The notes under the pieces are model-generated. The model had not been told where the DNA came from and searched no databases. It saw nothing but the letters and a program-made list of their open reading frames with translations. A stretch of 64,000 bases of DNA, from contig CAJFJM010000001.1 in the NCBI GenBank assembly GCA_904384245.1, positions 21,252-85,251 of the forward strand. The letters run 5' to 3'. Positions within the stretch are counted from its first letter, which is position 1. The number at the start of each line of letters is the position of its first letter. The stretch is from an uncultured Clostridia bacterium (GTDB lineage: Bacteria; Bacillota; Clostridia; TANB77; CAG-508). This document shows positions 1 through 9,306 of this stretch, piece after piece. The position numbers were made by a program, and so were the translations under genes.

Positions 1-20
1 TTAAAATTAGCAAGATAAAA

Positions 21-1025
21 ATGGAAGAAGAAAGAATTATAAATCCAGAGCTAGAAGATGCAAAAGAAGAAAGACTAGAAAATTCATTAAGACCAAAAAC
101 ATTAGACGAATATATCGGACAAGACAAAATAAAAGAAAATATGAAAATATATATAGAAGCAGCCAAAAAAAGAGGAGAGCCATTAGACCATGTTTTATTA
201 TATGGACCACCAGGGCTTGGAAAAACAACATTATCTAATATTATATCAAATGAAATGAATTCAAATATAAAAATAACATCAGGACCTGCAATAGAAAAAC
301 CAGGAGATTTAGCAGCATTATTAACAAACTTATCTGAATTTGATGTGCTTTTTATAGATGAAATCCATAGACTTAGTAAAAGTGTAGAAGAAATATTATA
401 TCCAGCATTAGAAGATTATACTTTAGACATAATAATAGGAAAAGGTCCAAGTGCAAGGTCTATACGTTTAGATTTACCAAAGTTTACTCTTATTGGAGCA
501 ACAACAAAAGCAGGTTCATTAACAACACCATTAAGAGACCGTTTTGGAATTGTCCATCGATTAGAATTATATTCAGTAGAAGACCTAACAAAAATTGTAA
601 AAAGGTCAGCAGGAATTTTAAATGTAAAAATTGAAGATGAAGCAGCAATTGAAATAGCAAGAAGGTCAAGAGGAACACCAAGAATTGCAAATAGACTTTT
701 AAAAAGAGTAAGAGATTATGCAGCAGTTTTAGGAGATGGAAATATAAATTTAAAAATAACAAAAATAGCATTAAATAAACTAGAAATAGATGAATTAGGT
801 TTAGATGAAATAGACAGAAAATTGTTAGACACAATGATAAATCAATATTCAGGAAGACCAGTAGGAATAGAAGCATTAGCAGCAACAGTTGGAGAAGAAG
901 TAGATACAATAGAAGATGTTTATGAACCATATTTAATACAAATTGGTTTTATAGCAAGGACTCTAAGAGGAAGACAAGTATTACCAGCAGCATATAAACA
1001 TATGGGATATGAATATAATGGTTAA
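21..1025 (+). CDS. ruvB: Holliday junction branch-migration ATPase RuvB
   Basis: 334 aa; Walker [10 protein letters not shown], typical RuvB N-terminus (…[12 protein letters not shown]…), AAA+ and C-terminal winged-helix layout; ATG at 21. Confidence 0.95.
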   Translation: MEEERIINPELEDAKEERLENSLRPKTLDEYIGQDKIKENMKIYIEAAKKRGEPLDHVLLYGPPGLGKTTLSNIISNEMNSNIKITSGPAIEKPGDLAALLTNLSEFDVLFIDEIHRLSKSVEEILYPALEDYTLDIIIGKGPSARSIRLDLPKFTLIGATTKAGSLTTPLRDRFGIVHRLELYSVEDLTKIVKRSAGILNVKIEDEAAIEIARRSRGTPRIANRLLKRVRDYAAVLGDGNINLKITKIALNKLEIDELGLDEIDRKLLDTMINQYSGRPVGIEALAATVGEEVDTIEDVYEPYLIQIGFIARTLRGRQVLPAAYKHMGYEYNG

Positions 1026-1063
1026 AATATGATAAAATATTCGATTTTTGAAAGGATATATTT

Positions 1064-2638
1064 ATGGACAAATTAAAAAGAGTTTTTAAAAAAGAATATT
1101 TGCTTGTTCTATTTTTTGCTTTTGTAATTTTATCTTTTTTAATACTAGAACCAATAGAAGATTTAGATGAATTATGGAATTATAATACAGCAAGATGTAT
1201 AGCAGATGGTTTAATACCATATAAAGATATAAGTATGATAACAACACCACTTTTGCCAATGATAAATGCAGTATTTTTAAAAATATTAGGCAATGAAGTT
1301 TTGGTAATGAGGATTTTAGCAGGAATTCTAGGAGCTTTAATTTTATTTTTAACATTTAATATTTTAAAAAAACTTTTTAAAGAGACAAATATAAGTCTAA
1401 TTTGTACATTTTTATTATATTTATTATATCAAGATTTCTTTTGTATAGATTATAATTTTTTTGTTTTATTTTTAGTATTATGTATTTTAAATTTGGAAAT
1501 TAAATATACAAATAAAATATATAGTGGTAAATTTAAAGGAAGAAAAATATTAGTAAATTTAAATAAAAACCAAAAAACAAATTTAATAATTGGAATATTA
1601 GCAGGATTATGTATATGTACTAAGCAAAGTATAGGCGTATTAGTTGCATTTATTACAGCGATATATCCAATAGTATGGATAAGAAACAAAAAAGATATAA
1701 AGCTTGCAATTTCAAGTATTATAATTAGAGTTTTAGGAATTATTATACCTGGAGTTATATTTTTAATATATCTTATTGCAACAGGAGCATTAAATGATTT
1801 TATAGGTTATGCAATAAAAGGAATATCACATTTTGATAATAGTATATTATATAAAACACTATTTGAAAGTGAAAAATTACCAATTTCAATAATATCAAAA
1901 GCTTTACCACTAATGTTTATAATTTGTTTAGGTTTTAGCATTTTTAGTAAGAAAAATAAAAATGAATACAGAAATTTATTACTTTTAAATATGTACTCAA
2001 TCCCAATGCTTATATTGATGTATCCAATTTCTGATGAGATTCATTTTCTAATAGCGGTATATTTATTTTTAGTAACATTTTTATACTTGATTTTTGGAAT
2101 ATTGGCAAAATGGATATATAATAAAATAAATTTACGTAAAAAGAAAAAGATATATAAAATTTTAACACTTTTAATCTTTATATTTATATTTGCAGATGTT
2201 ACATCTAAAGCAGTTACTAATTATTATGATTATTATAAACTAGATAAAAATAATGTAATTAAGCATTATAATGGAATATCTATACATGATTATTTAGTGC
2301 AAAGAATAAATGGAATTGATGAATTTATAACAAACCAAAATTCTAATGGAAAAAGAGTATATATTTTAGATGCAGAAGCGGCTGTATACAATATTCCTTT
2401 AAATATATATAATAAAGATTATGACATGTTTTTAAAAGGAAACATAGGAGAAAATGGACAAGAAGGACTTATAGGAAAAGTAAAAAAACAATCAGAAGAC
2501 AAAAATAATTTATTTTTAGTACGTCAAATTCAATATTCACAAAACTGGCAAACACCATTAAAAGTTCTTGAATATGTGAGAAATAATTTAGAAAAAATAG
2601 ATGAAGTAGAATTTTATGATGTATATGTGGGCAAATGA
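1064..2638 (+). CDS. polytopic membrane protein, GT-C-fold glycosyltransferase-like (ArnT/PMT-like)
   Basis: 524 aa, many predicted TM helices, acidic DE-type motif near N-terminus (EDLDELWNY); AAAGGA RBS before ATG 1064; paralog-like to next gene. Confidence 0.45.
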   Translation: MDKLKRVFKKEYLLVLFFAFVILSFLILEPIEDLDELWNYNTARCIADGLIPYKDISMITTPLLPMINAVFLKILGNEVLVMRILAGILGALILFLTFNILKKLFKETNISLICTFLLYLLYQDFFCIDYNFFVLFLVLCILNLEIKYTNKIYSGKFKGRKILVNLNKNQKTNLIIGILAGLCICTKQSIGVLVAFITAIYPIVWIRNKKDIKLAISSIIIRVLGIIIPGVIFLIYLIATGALNDFIGYAIKGISHFDNSILYKTLFESEKLPISIISKALPLMFIICLGFSIFSKKNKNEYRNLLLLNMYSIPMLILMYPISDEIHFLIAVYLFLVTFLYLIFGILAKWIYNKINLRKKKKIYKILTLLIFIFIFADVTSKAVTNYYDYYKLDKNNVIKHYNGISIHDYLVQRINGIDEFITNQNSNGKRVYILDAEAAVYNIPLNIYNKDYDMFLKGNIGENGQEGLIGKVKKQSEDKNNLFLVRQIQYSQNWQTPLKVLEYVRNNLEKIDEVEFYDVYVGK

Positions 2639-2672
2639 TATAAAATATAAAGATTGAAGGAATAAAATTTAA

Positions 2673-4283
2673 ATGGAAGATTTAATAAAAAAAGACAATG
2701 AAAATTTTTTAAAAAAATATAAAATAAAAATTATCATAGGAATAATAGTATTATTTGGTGTACTTATTAGAACTATAGGAATAGGAAGTATTCCAAATGC
2801 TCTAAATGTAGATGAGGCATCAGCTGGTTTTGAATCATATTCTATATTGAATTATGGAATAGACAGAAATGGGAATTTTCTACCAGTGTTTTTAGTAGCA
2901 TGGGGAAGTGGACAAAATGCACTATATACATATTTAATAATGCCATTTATTGCAATGTTTGGTTTAACAACATTTGCAATAAGGCTTCCAATGGCAATTA
3001 TAGGTGGAATAAGTTTAATAGTATTTTATTTATTATTAAAAAGAATGATAAACCAAAAGACAGCAATTATAGGGTTAATATTTTTAGCAATATGTCCATG
3101 GCATATTATGAAATCAAGATGGGGATTAGAATCAAATTTATTTCCAGACTTAATGCTACTTTCTGTTTTTTTAATAATAAAAGGGATTCAAGATAAAAAA
3201 AGAATTTGTCAAATTTTAGGCTATATAGTAGCAGGCTTAACAGCATATGCATATGGTACATCATATTTCTTTTTGCCATTATTTTTTATACCTGTATTAT
3301 TTATTATGTTAAAGAAAAAAGAACTAACATTAAAAGAGTTAATTATAAATTTGGCTGTAATTGGAATAGTAGCATTACCAATAATTATTTTTGTAATAAT
3401 AAATACATTTAATTTGCCAGAAATAGAATTACCTTTTTTGACCATACCAAGAATGGAAGTAAATAGATATGAAGAAATAACTTCAATATTTTCAAGTGAC
3501 TTTCTAGAAAAAAGTTTAGATAATTTTGCTGGTGGATTACAAATACTAATATATCAAGTAGATGGACTTCCATGGAATTCTTTAGAAGATATAGGAACAA
3601 TATATACTTTTTCTACTATATTTACAATATTGGGGATAATTGTTGCAATAAAGAATAGAAAAGATATAAAATATGGTTATATTATGGGAATATGGCTTAT
3701 TGTATCTATATTATTACTTTTTGTTTGTGAACCAAATATAAATAGATTAAATATAATATTTTTCCCAATTATTTTTTATACAGTTGTTGGAATAGATGAA
3801 ATAGCAAAACAAGGGAAGGTTTTTGCTGTGTTGTTGGCTATTGTATATATATTAAGTTTTGGACTATTTGTAAATTCTTATTTTAGTGAAAATGCAAATG
3901 ATTATATGACATTTGAAAGTAATCTGGAAGAACCAATAGAATATTTAAATACTTTACAGGATAAAGAGATTTATATAACAAATTCTATAAAAGAACCATA
4001 TATTTATGTGTTGTTTTATACAAAATATGATACAAGAGATTTTGTTAATACTGTGGAATATTATAATGAGGATGGAGCTTTTAGACAGGTAAAAAGTTTT
4101 GGGAATTATAATTTTGTGAGTATAAATATGTTGGATAATAGGCAGGAAAATGTGTATTTGCTTAGAGAGAATGAATATGAAGATGTGAAAAATAATCCTG
4201 AAAAATATGGCATAGATAGTTTGGATGGAGAATTTGAAGTTAAGGAGTTTTTGGGATATGTTGTTTTAGAAGGGAAGGTTTAA
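2673..4283 (+). CDS. GT-C family (GT39/GT83-like, ArnT/PMT-type) membrane glycosyltransferase
   Basis: 536 aa; N-terminal TM then DEASAGF motif characteristic of ArnT/PMT-type GT-C enzymes, about 12 TM segments and a C-terminal soluble domain. Confidence 0.6.
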   Translation: MEDLIKKDNENFLKKYKIKIIIGIIVLFGVLIRTIGIGSIPNALNVDEASAGFESYSILNYGIDRNGNFLPVFLVAWGSGQNALYTYLIMPFIAMFGLTTFAIRLPMAIIGGISLIVFYLLLKRMINQKTAIIGLIFLAICPWHIMKSRWGLESNLFPDLMLLSVFLIIKGIQDKKRICQILGYIVAGLTAYAYGTSYFFLPLFFIPVLFIMLKKKELTLKELIINLAVIGIVALPIIIFVIINTFNLPEIELPFLTIPRMEVNRYEEITSIFSSDFLEKSLDNFAGGLQILIYQVDGLPWNSLEDIGTIYTFSTIFTILGIIVAIKNRKDIKYGYIMGIWLIVSILLLFVCEPNINRLNIIFFPIIFYTVVGIDEIAKQGKVFAVLLAIVYILSFGLFVNSYFSENANDYMTFESNLEEPIEYLNTLQDKEIYITNSIKEPYIYVLFYTKYDTRDFVNTVEYYNEDGAFRQVKSFGNYNFVSINMLDNRQENVYLLRENEYEDVKNNPEKYGIDSLDGEFEVKEFLGYVVLEGKV

Positions 4284-4286
4284 AAA

Positions 4287-4841
4287 ATGAAATTGTTAAT
4301 GCATACATGTTGTGCACCTTGTAGTGTGTATTGTATAGATAGTTTAAGAAAAGAAGAAATAGAACCTACTGTATATTGGTATAATCCAAATATTCATCCT
4401 TATATGGAATATAAAATGAGAAGAGATACATTAAAAGAATATACAAAAAGTATAGATGTAAAAGCAATATTCCAAGAGGATTATGGTTTGGATAATTTTT
4501 GCAAAAATGTTATAGGTGATTTAGGCAATAGATGTATGAATTATTGCTATCCAGTAAGACTTGAGCAAACTGTTAAATATGCAAAAGAAAATGGATATGA
4601 TACATTTACTACAACATTACTTGTGAGTCCATACCAAAATCATGAAGGAATATGCGAGGTTGCAGAAAGAATAGCTAAAATATATGATTTGAAATTTTTA
4701 TATAGAGATTTTAGAGTAGGTTTTAGAGAGGGACAAGCAAAAGCAAGAGAATTAGGATTATATATGCAAAAATATTGTGGATGTATATTTTCAGAGGAAG
4801 ATAGGTATAGAAAGAAGATAGAAAAGGATAAGAAAATGTAA
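4287..4841 (+). CDS. queH: epoxyqueuosine reductase QueH
   Basis: 184 aa; N-terminal LMHTCCAPCS motif and further Cys pair (CGC) typical of QueH/DUF208. Confidence 0.85.
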   Translation: MKLLMHTCCAPCSVYCIDSLRKEEIEPTVYWYNPNIHPYMEYKMRRDTLKEYTKSIDVKAIFQEDYGLDNFCKNVIGDLGNRCMNYCYPVRLEQTVKYAKENGYDTFTTTLLVSPYQNHEGICEVAERIAKIYDLKFLYRDFRVGFREGQAKARELGLYMQKYCGCIFSEEDRYRKKIEKDKKM

Positions 4842-5089
4842 ATTTTATTTCCAGTGAAGAGACATGTTAATTGTTTGGGGTAGATGAAGATGCTGTAATA
4901 AAAATGAAGAAAGATCCTGCAAATTTGTGTAATAACACATCTAAAATCTCTCCAACAATTTCTTTAGTTAAAGTATTAAATGAAATGCAAATTAAAGATG
5001 TTAATAAAATGTCAGTTAAAGAATTTAATGCATCAAATGAGTTCTTCAGATACGAAAAAATCGAAAAGATTATATATAGGAGACCAACT

Positions 5090-5767
5090 ATGAAAAAAAT
5101 ATTAGTAGTAGAAGATGATGTTGATATTCATTTACTAATAAAAGATATTCTAGAAAAAGAAAGATACAAAGTAATTAGTGCATACTCTGGAACAGAGGCA
5201 ATATTATTGATTGAAAAAAATGATATAGACTTAATTTTGTTAGATTTAATGTTACCAGGATTGCTAGGAGAAGAAATAATAAAAAAAGTAAAAAATATCC
5301 CAATTATAGTCATAAGTGCAAAAATATCTTTAGAAGACAAAGTAAATACATTATTAAGTGGAGCAAATGATTATATAGTAAAACCATTTGAACCAAAAGA
5401 ATTATTAGCAAGGATAAAAGTCCAACTAAGAATGAAAAATAATAAAGAAAATAAAGAGCTAAAATATAAAGACATGTTTTTAGACAAAATGACTCAAACA
5501 TTATATATAAAAAATAATAAAATAAATTTAACAAAAACAGAATATACAATATTAAAACAATTATTATTAAACCCTAAACAAATTATAACCAAAACAAAGC
5601 TAATTCAAATATTAAATGAAAATAACAAAGTAAGTACTAAAACCCAATTATATGACGAAAATTCTTTAAAAGTACATATAAGTAATATAAGAAAAAAGAT
5701 AAGAAATGTTACAACTAATGAATATATAGAATCTGTATGGGGAATAGGATTCAAATTATATGATTAA
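5090..5767 (+). CDS. OmpR-family two-component response regulator
   Basis: Receiver domain (MKKILVVEDD…D at LLDLMLPG…K) and C-terminal winged-helix (…VWGIGFKLYD). The ORF track starts at 4871, but an AGGAG RBS precedes the ATG at 5090, which matches receiver-domain N-termini. Confidence 0.85.
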   Translation: MKKILVVEDDVDIHLLIKDILEKERYKVISAYSGTEAILLIEKNDIDLILLDLMLPGLLGEEIIKKVKNIPIIVISAKISLEDKVNTLLSGANDYIVKPFEPKELLARIKVQLRMKNNKENKELKYKDMFLDKMTQTLYIKNNKINLTKTEYTILKQLLLNPKQIITKTKLIQILNENNKVSTKTQLYDENSLKVHISNIRKKIRNVTTNEYIESVWGIGFKLYD

Positions 5768-5839
5768 AAATAATTTAAATATCTCTATAACTGATTAAAG
5801 AACTAATTAAACATTATTTAAATTATGCAAACAACAATC

Positions 5840-5881
5840 TTAACTATTTCTTAACTACTTTTTAACTATTTTCTTAACTAT
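5840..5881. promoter_or_regulatory. four direct repeats TTAACTA(T/C) with 11-12 bp phasing upstream of ABC operon promoter (-10 TATGAT about 5885)
   Basis: Copies at 5840, 5851, 5863, 5874; helical phasing is typical of OmpR/PhoB-type regulator binding sites; followed by -10-like TATGATAAAAT and RBS GAGGAGG before ATG 5920. Confidence 0.4.
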
Positions 5882-5919
5882 CTTATGATAAAATTTTTTC
5901 ATAAGAGAGGAGGAAAAAA

Positions 5920-6834
5920 ATGGAATATGTTTTAGAAACAAATAATATTGAAAAAAGATATGGCCATTTTAAAGCACTAACTAATCTTAATATGCATATC
6001 CCAAAGGGAGCTATATATGGTTTAATAGGAAAAAATGGAGCAGGAAAAACCACTTTGATAAGATTGGTTTGCGGTTTACAAAAAGCAACATCAGGAGAAT
6101 ATACGATTTTTGGTATCTCAAATAATAGTAAAAAAATTATCAATGTACGAAAAAGAATAGGAGCAATTATTGAAACACCTTCTATTTGTCTAGATATGAC
6201 GGCAGAGGATAATTTAAAAGAACAGTATAAAATTATAGGTTTACCATCATTTGATAATTTACAAGAAATATTAAAATTAGTAGGTCTAGAAAATACAGGG
6301 AAAAAAACTGTCAAACATTTTTCTTTAGGTATGAAACAAAGATTAGGAATAGCTGTTGCATTAGTTGGAAATCCAGATTTGCTAATTTTAGATGAACCTA
6401 TAAATGGATTAGATCCAGAAGGAATAATAGAAATTAGAGAATTGATTTTAAAATTAAATATAGAAAAAAGAATTACATTTTTAATATCAAGTCACTATTT
6501 AGATGAATTATCTAAAATAGCAACATGTTTTGGTATTATAGATAAAGGAAAAATTATTAAAGAAATAACTAAAGAAGAATTAGAGCAAAATTTTAAGAAA
6601 AGAACACAAATAAATGTAAGTAATATAAAAGAATGTGTTAAATATTTAGAAGAGAAAAATTTAAATTATAAAGTTATTACTAACAACATAATTGATATAT
6701 ATGAAAAAATAAATGTATCAGAACTTGTAGTTGCACTTTCCAAAAGAGATTGTATGGTAAATAATTTTCAGGAAAAAGAAGAATCATTAGAAAATTATTA
6801 TTTAAATTTAATTGGAGGTGCAAGTGATGATTAA
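5920..6834 (+). CDS. ABC transporter ATP-binding protein (lantibiotic/bacitracin-immunity type)
   Basis: Walker A GKNGAGKTT, signature LSLGMKQRL, Walker B LLILDEP; 304 aa. Confidence 0.9.
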   Translation: MEYVLETNNIEKRYGHFKALTNLNMHIPKGAIYGLIGKNGAGKTTLIRLVCGLQKATSGEYTIFGISNNSKKIINVRKRIGAIIETPSICLDMTAEDNLKEQYKIIGLPSFDNLQEILKLVGLENTGKKTVKHFSLGMKQRLGIAVALVGNPDLLILDEPINGLDPEGIIEIRELILKLNIEKRITFLISSHYLDELSKIATCFGIIDKGKIIKEITKEELEQNFKKRTQINVSNIKECVKYLEEKNLNYKVITNNIIDIYEKINVSELVVALSKRDCMVNNFQEKEESLENYYLNLIGGASDD

Positions 6835-7640
6835 ATTATTAAAAGCAGGTTTTTTTAGGTTAAAAAAAGATGTAGTATTTTGGCTATTTATTTTTTTATC
6901 AATTGGAATAGCAGGATATACATTATTTAGGCTAACATCAAGTGAAGATATAATATTAGATAAAGTTATAAATGATTATATTATGTATATAGGACTTTTT
7001 ATTGCAATATTTGTAAGTATATTTGTAGGAAAAGAATATTCACAAGGAATTATAAGAAATAAAATAATTGTACGGTCATACAAGAATTTCTATTTATTTA
7101 TCTAATTTAATTATTAGTATAATTGTATCAATATTATGTGAGGCGATTTATGTTATATTGCTTTTGGCAGTAGGAATTCCTTTAGTTGGTGGATTACAAA
7201 TGCAAATATCTCAATTTTTAATGATTATATTAAATACTATTTTAATAATTATATCATTTTGCTCTATATATAATTTTATATCAATGATATGTACAGAAAT
7301 AACTATTTCAACAACAATATGTACACTTTTATTTATAGCAATGTTTATTATGCAAGCAAGTTTTGGCTATATTGCATCTAGTACAAAATATATAACAAAT
7401 ACATCTATAGATGAAAATGGAAATAAAGTTGTAACTCAAGAACCAGACCCTAATTATCCAGGAGACCAAAAAGTTAGACAAGCAAAAATAATTTATTTTT
7501 CTATACCTCAAGGACAGGCTATGGAAATAAAGAATGGAAGCTCAGAAGATTTATATCAAATGCCAATATATTCTATTATTTTAATAATTATTATAAATGT
7601 TTTAGGATTATTTATTTTTTCTAAAAAGGAATTAAAATAG
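6827..7640 (+). pseudogene. ABC-2 family permease, interrupted by a frameshift near 7068-7076
   Basis: ORFs 6812..7105 (2 TM) and 7068..7640 (4 TM plus loop) lie in different frames and together make one 6-TM ABC-2 permease; the junction reads …IRNKIIV | (Y)GHTRISIYLS…; GGAGGTG RBS before ATG 6827. Confidence 0.6.
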
Positions 7641-7649
7641 GAGGAAGAT

Positions 7650-8534
7650 GTGAATATTGTATTATTGTTGATTTTTATATTAGTTCTTATTTGTGTAATA
7701 CTCGTGGTTAAATTATATCTAATAAAGCACTCAATTAAAGAAATAAAAAATGGTTTTACAGATGTTTTAGAATCAGATACAAATAATATAATAACAATAT
7801 CTTCATCAGATAAAGATATAAAAGCTTTAACTATAAATTTAAATAATAATCTTATAGAATTAAGAAATCAAAAATTGAAATATGAAAATGGTAATCAAGA
7901 ACTAAAAAAAATAATAACAAATATTTCACATGATTTAAGAACTCCATTAACAGCTATTAACGGATATATAGATTTATTAAAAGAGGAAGACATATCTAAA
8001 ACTCAAGAAAAATATTTAAAAATAGTACAAAGAAAATCAAATGAATTAAAAGAACTAACAGAGCAACTATTTGAATTTTCAAAAACAATGGATGTTGATA
8101 TAAATATAAAAAAAGAGAATTGTTGTATAAATGAAATTTTTGAAGAAACATTGATAAGTTATTATAATATTTTTAAAGAAAAAAATATAATTCCTACAGT
8201 TTTAATTTGTAATGAAAAAATATATAAAGCAATAAATAAAAATTCACTAATTAGAATATTTGAAAATATTTTATCAAATGTATTAAAATATAGTAGTGGA
8301 GACTTCAAAGTAGAGCTTAAAAATAATGGAGAGATAATATTTTCAAATAAAGCAACTTCATTAGATGCAACAACAGTACAAAAAATATTTGATAGATATT
8401 TTACAGTAGAAAATGCTAAAAAATCTACGGGATTGGGATTAGCTATTGTAAAACAATTAGTAGAATTGAATAGTGGGAGTATAGAGGCTAATTTTATTAA
8501 AGATATGTTGACTATAAAAATTAAATTTAATTAA
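7650..8534 (+). CDS. sensor histidine kinase (single N-terminal TM, HisKA + HATPase_c)
   Basis: H-box [16 protein letters not shown]-box [15 protein letters not shown] start 5 nt after GGAGG. Confidence 0.85.
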   Translation: MNIVLLLIFILVLICVILVVKLYLIKHSIKEIKNGFTDVLESDTNNIITISSSDKDIKALTINLNNNLIELRNQKLKYENGNQELKKIITNISHDLRTPLTAINGYIDLLKEEDISKTQEKYLKIVQRKSNELKELTEQLFEFSKTMDVDINIKKENCCINEIFEETLISYYNIFKEKNIIPTVLICNEKIYKAINKNSLIRIFENILSNVLKYSSGDFKVELKNNGEIIFSNKATSLDATTVQKIFDRYFTVENAKKSTGLGLAIVKQLVELNSGSIEANFIKDMLTIKIKFN

Positions 8535-8656
8535 AAAATAGAGGAGTAATCCTTTATTTTTTTGTTCTTAATTCTTATTTATTATTGATAATTACTGGAA
8601 AACTTTCAATAAGTATGATAAAATCTAAATGTATTTTAGAAATAAAGGAGAAAAGT

Positions 8657-9259
8657 ATGTTAAAAAATAAATTAGAAATAGATAATCCAATAGAACTTGC
8701 AAAAGAAGAAGAAAGAATAACAAAATTAAAAGCATTAGAATTATTTGAAACAGGAAAATTAAATTTATTTGAAGTAGGAACATTTAATGGATTAGCACAA
8801 ATTCATAGATATCTATTTGAAGAAATATATGATTTTGCAGGGAAAATTAGAACAGAAAATATTTCAAAAGGTAATTTTAGATTTGCATCAGTTATGTATT
8901 TAGAAGAAGCATTAGAGAAAATAGACAAAATGCCTCAATCTAATTTTGATGAAATAATAGAAAAATATGTAGAAATGAATATTGCACATCCATTTAGAGA
9001 AGAAAATGGAAGAAGTACAAGAATATGGTTAGATATGATTTTAAAAAAAGAAATTAATAGAGTAGTAGATTGGAGTAAAGTAAGCAAAGAGGATTATTTA
9101 CTTGCAATGGAAAGAAGTCCAATAAAAAATACAGAAATAAAAATTTTGTTAAAAGAAGCATTAACAGATAAAATAAATGATAGAGAAGTTTATGTGAAAG
9201 GTATAGATGCAAGTTATAATTATGAAGGATATAATGTATATAAAATAGAAAACTTATAA
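8657..9259 (+). CDS. Fic/DOC family protein with non-canonical Fic motif
   Basis: Motif [12 protein letters not shown] fits HxFx(D/E)GNGRxxR except for E in place of the first G; AGGAG RBS before ATG 8657. Confidence 0.65.
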   Translation: MLKNKLEIDNPIELAKEEERITKLKALELFETGKLNLFEVGTFNGLAQIHRYLFEEIYDFAGKIRTENISKGNFRFASVMYLEEALEKIDKMPQSNFDEIIEKYVEMNIAHPFREENGRSTRIWLDMILKKEINRVVDWSKVSKEDYLLAMERSPIKNTEIKILLKEALTDKINDREVYVKGIDASYNYEGYNVYKIENL

Positions 9260-9306
9260 TATTTAGATATACAAACTCAAGAAATTCGGAAATGGAGGAA
9301 TAACAA

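Noticed and set aside
490-930. 146-aa minus-strand ORF inside ruvB, and similar L/F/Y-rich antisense ORFs (e.g. 9665..10081-, 10436..10903-, 31010..31405-, 42622..43002-, 5310..5549-)
   Set aside because: Low-complexity translations of the antisense strand of AT-rich genes; each fully overlaps a strongly supported gene and has no RBS or homology.
2900-3445. Internal ORFs 2900..3196, 3206..3412 and 3221..3445(-)
   Set aside because: Alternative-frame ORFs nested in the GT-C glycosyltransferase gene; no support.
4871-5089. 73-codon in-frame N-terminal extension of the response regulator (MFGVDEDAV…; contains Cys/Ser/Thr-rich NLCNNTSKISPTIS, briefly considered as a lanthipeptide precursor)
   Set aside because: No stop codon separates it from the regulator and it has no RBS; an AGGAG RBS plus a canonical receiver N-terminus at 5090 indicate the real start. 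No leader-peptide motifs.
6812-7105. Two separate small permease genes (E/G-type) rather than one pseudogene
   Set aside because: 2 TM + 4 TM with contiguous sequence across the frame change reconstitutes a single typical 6-TM ABC-2 permease; separate E and G subunits are normally about 250 aa each.
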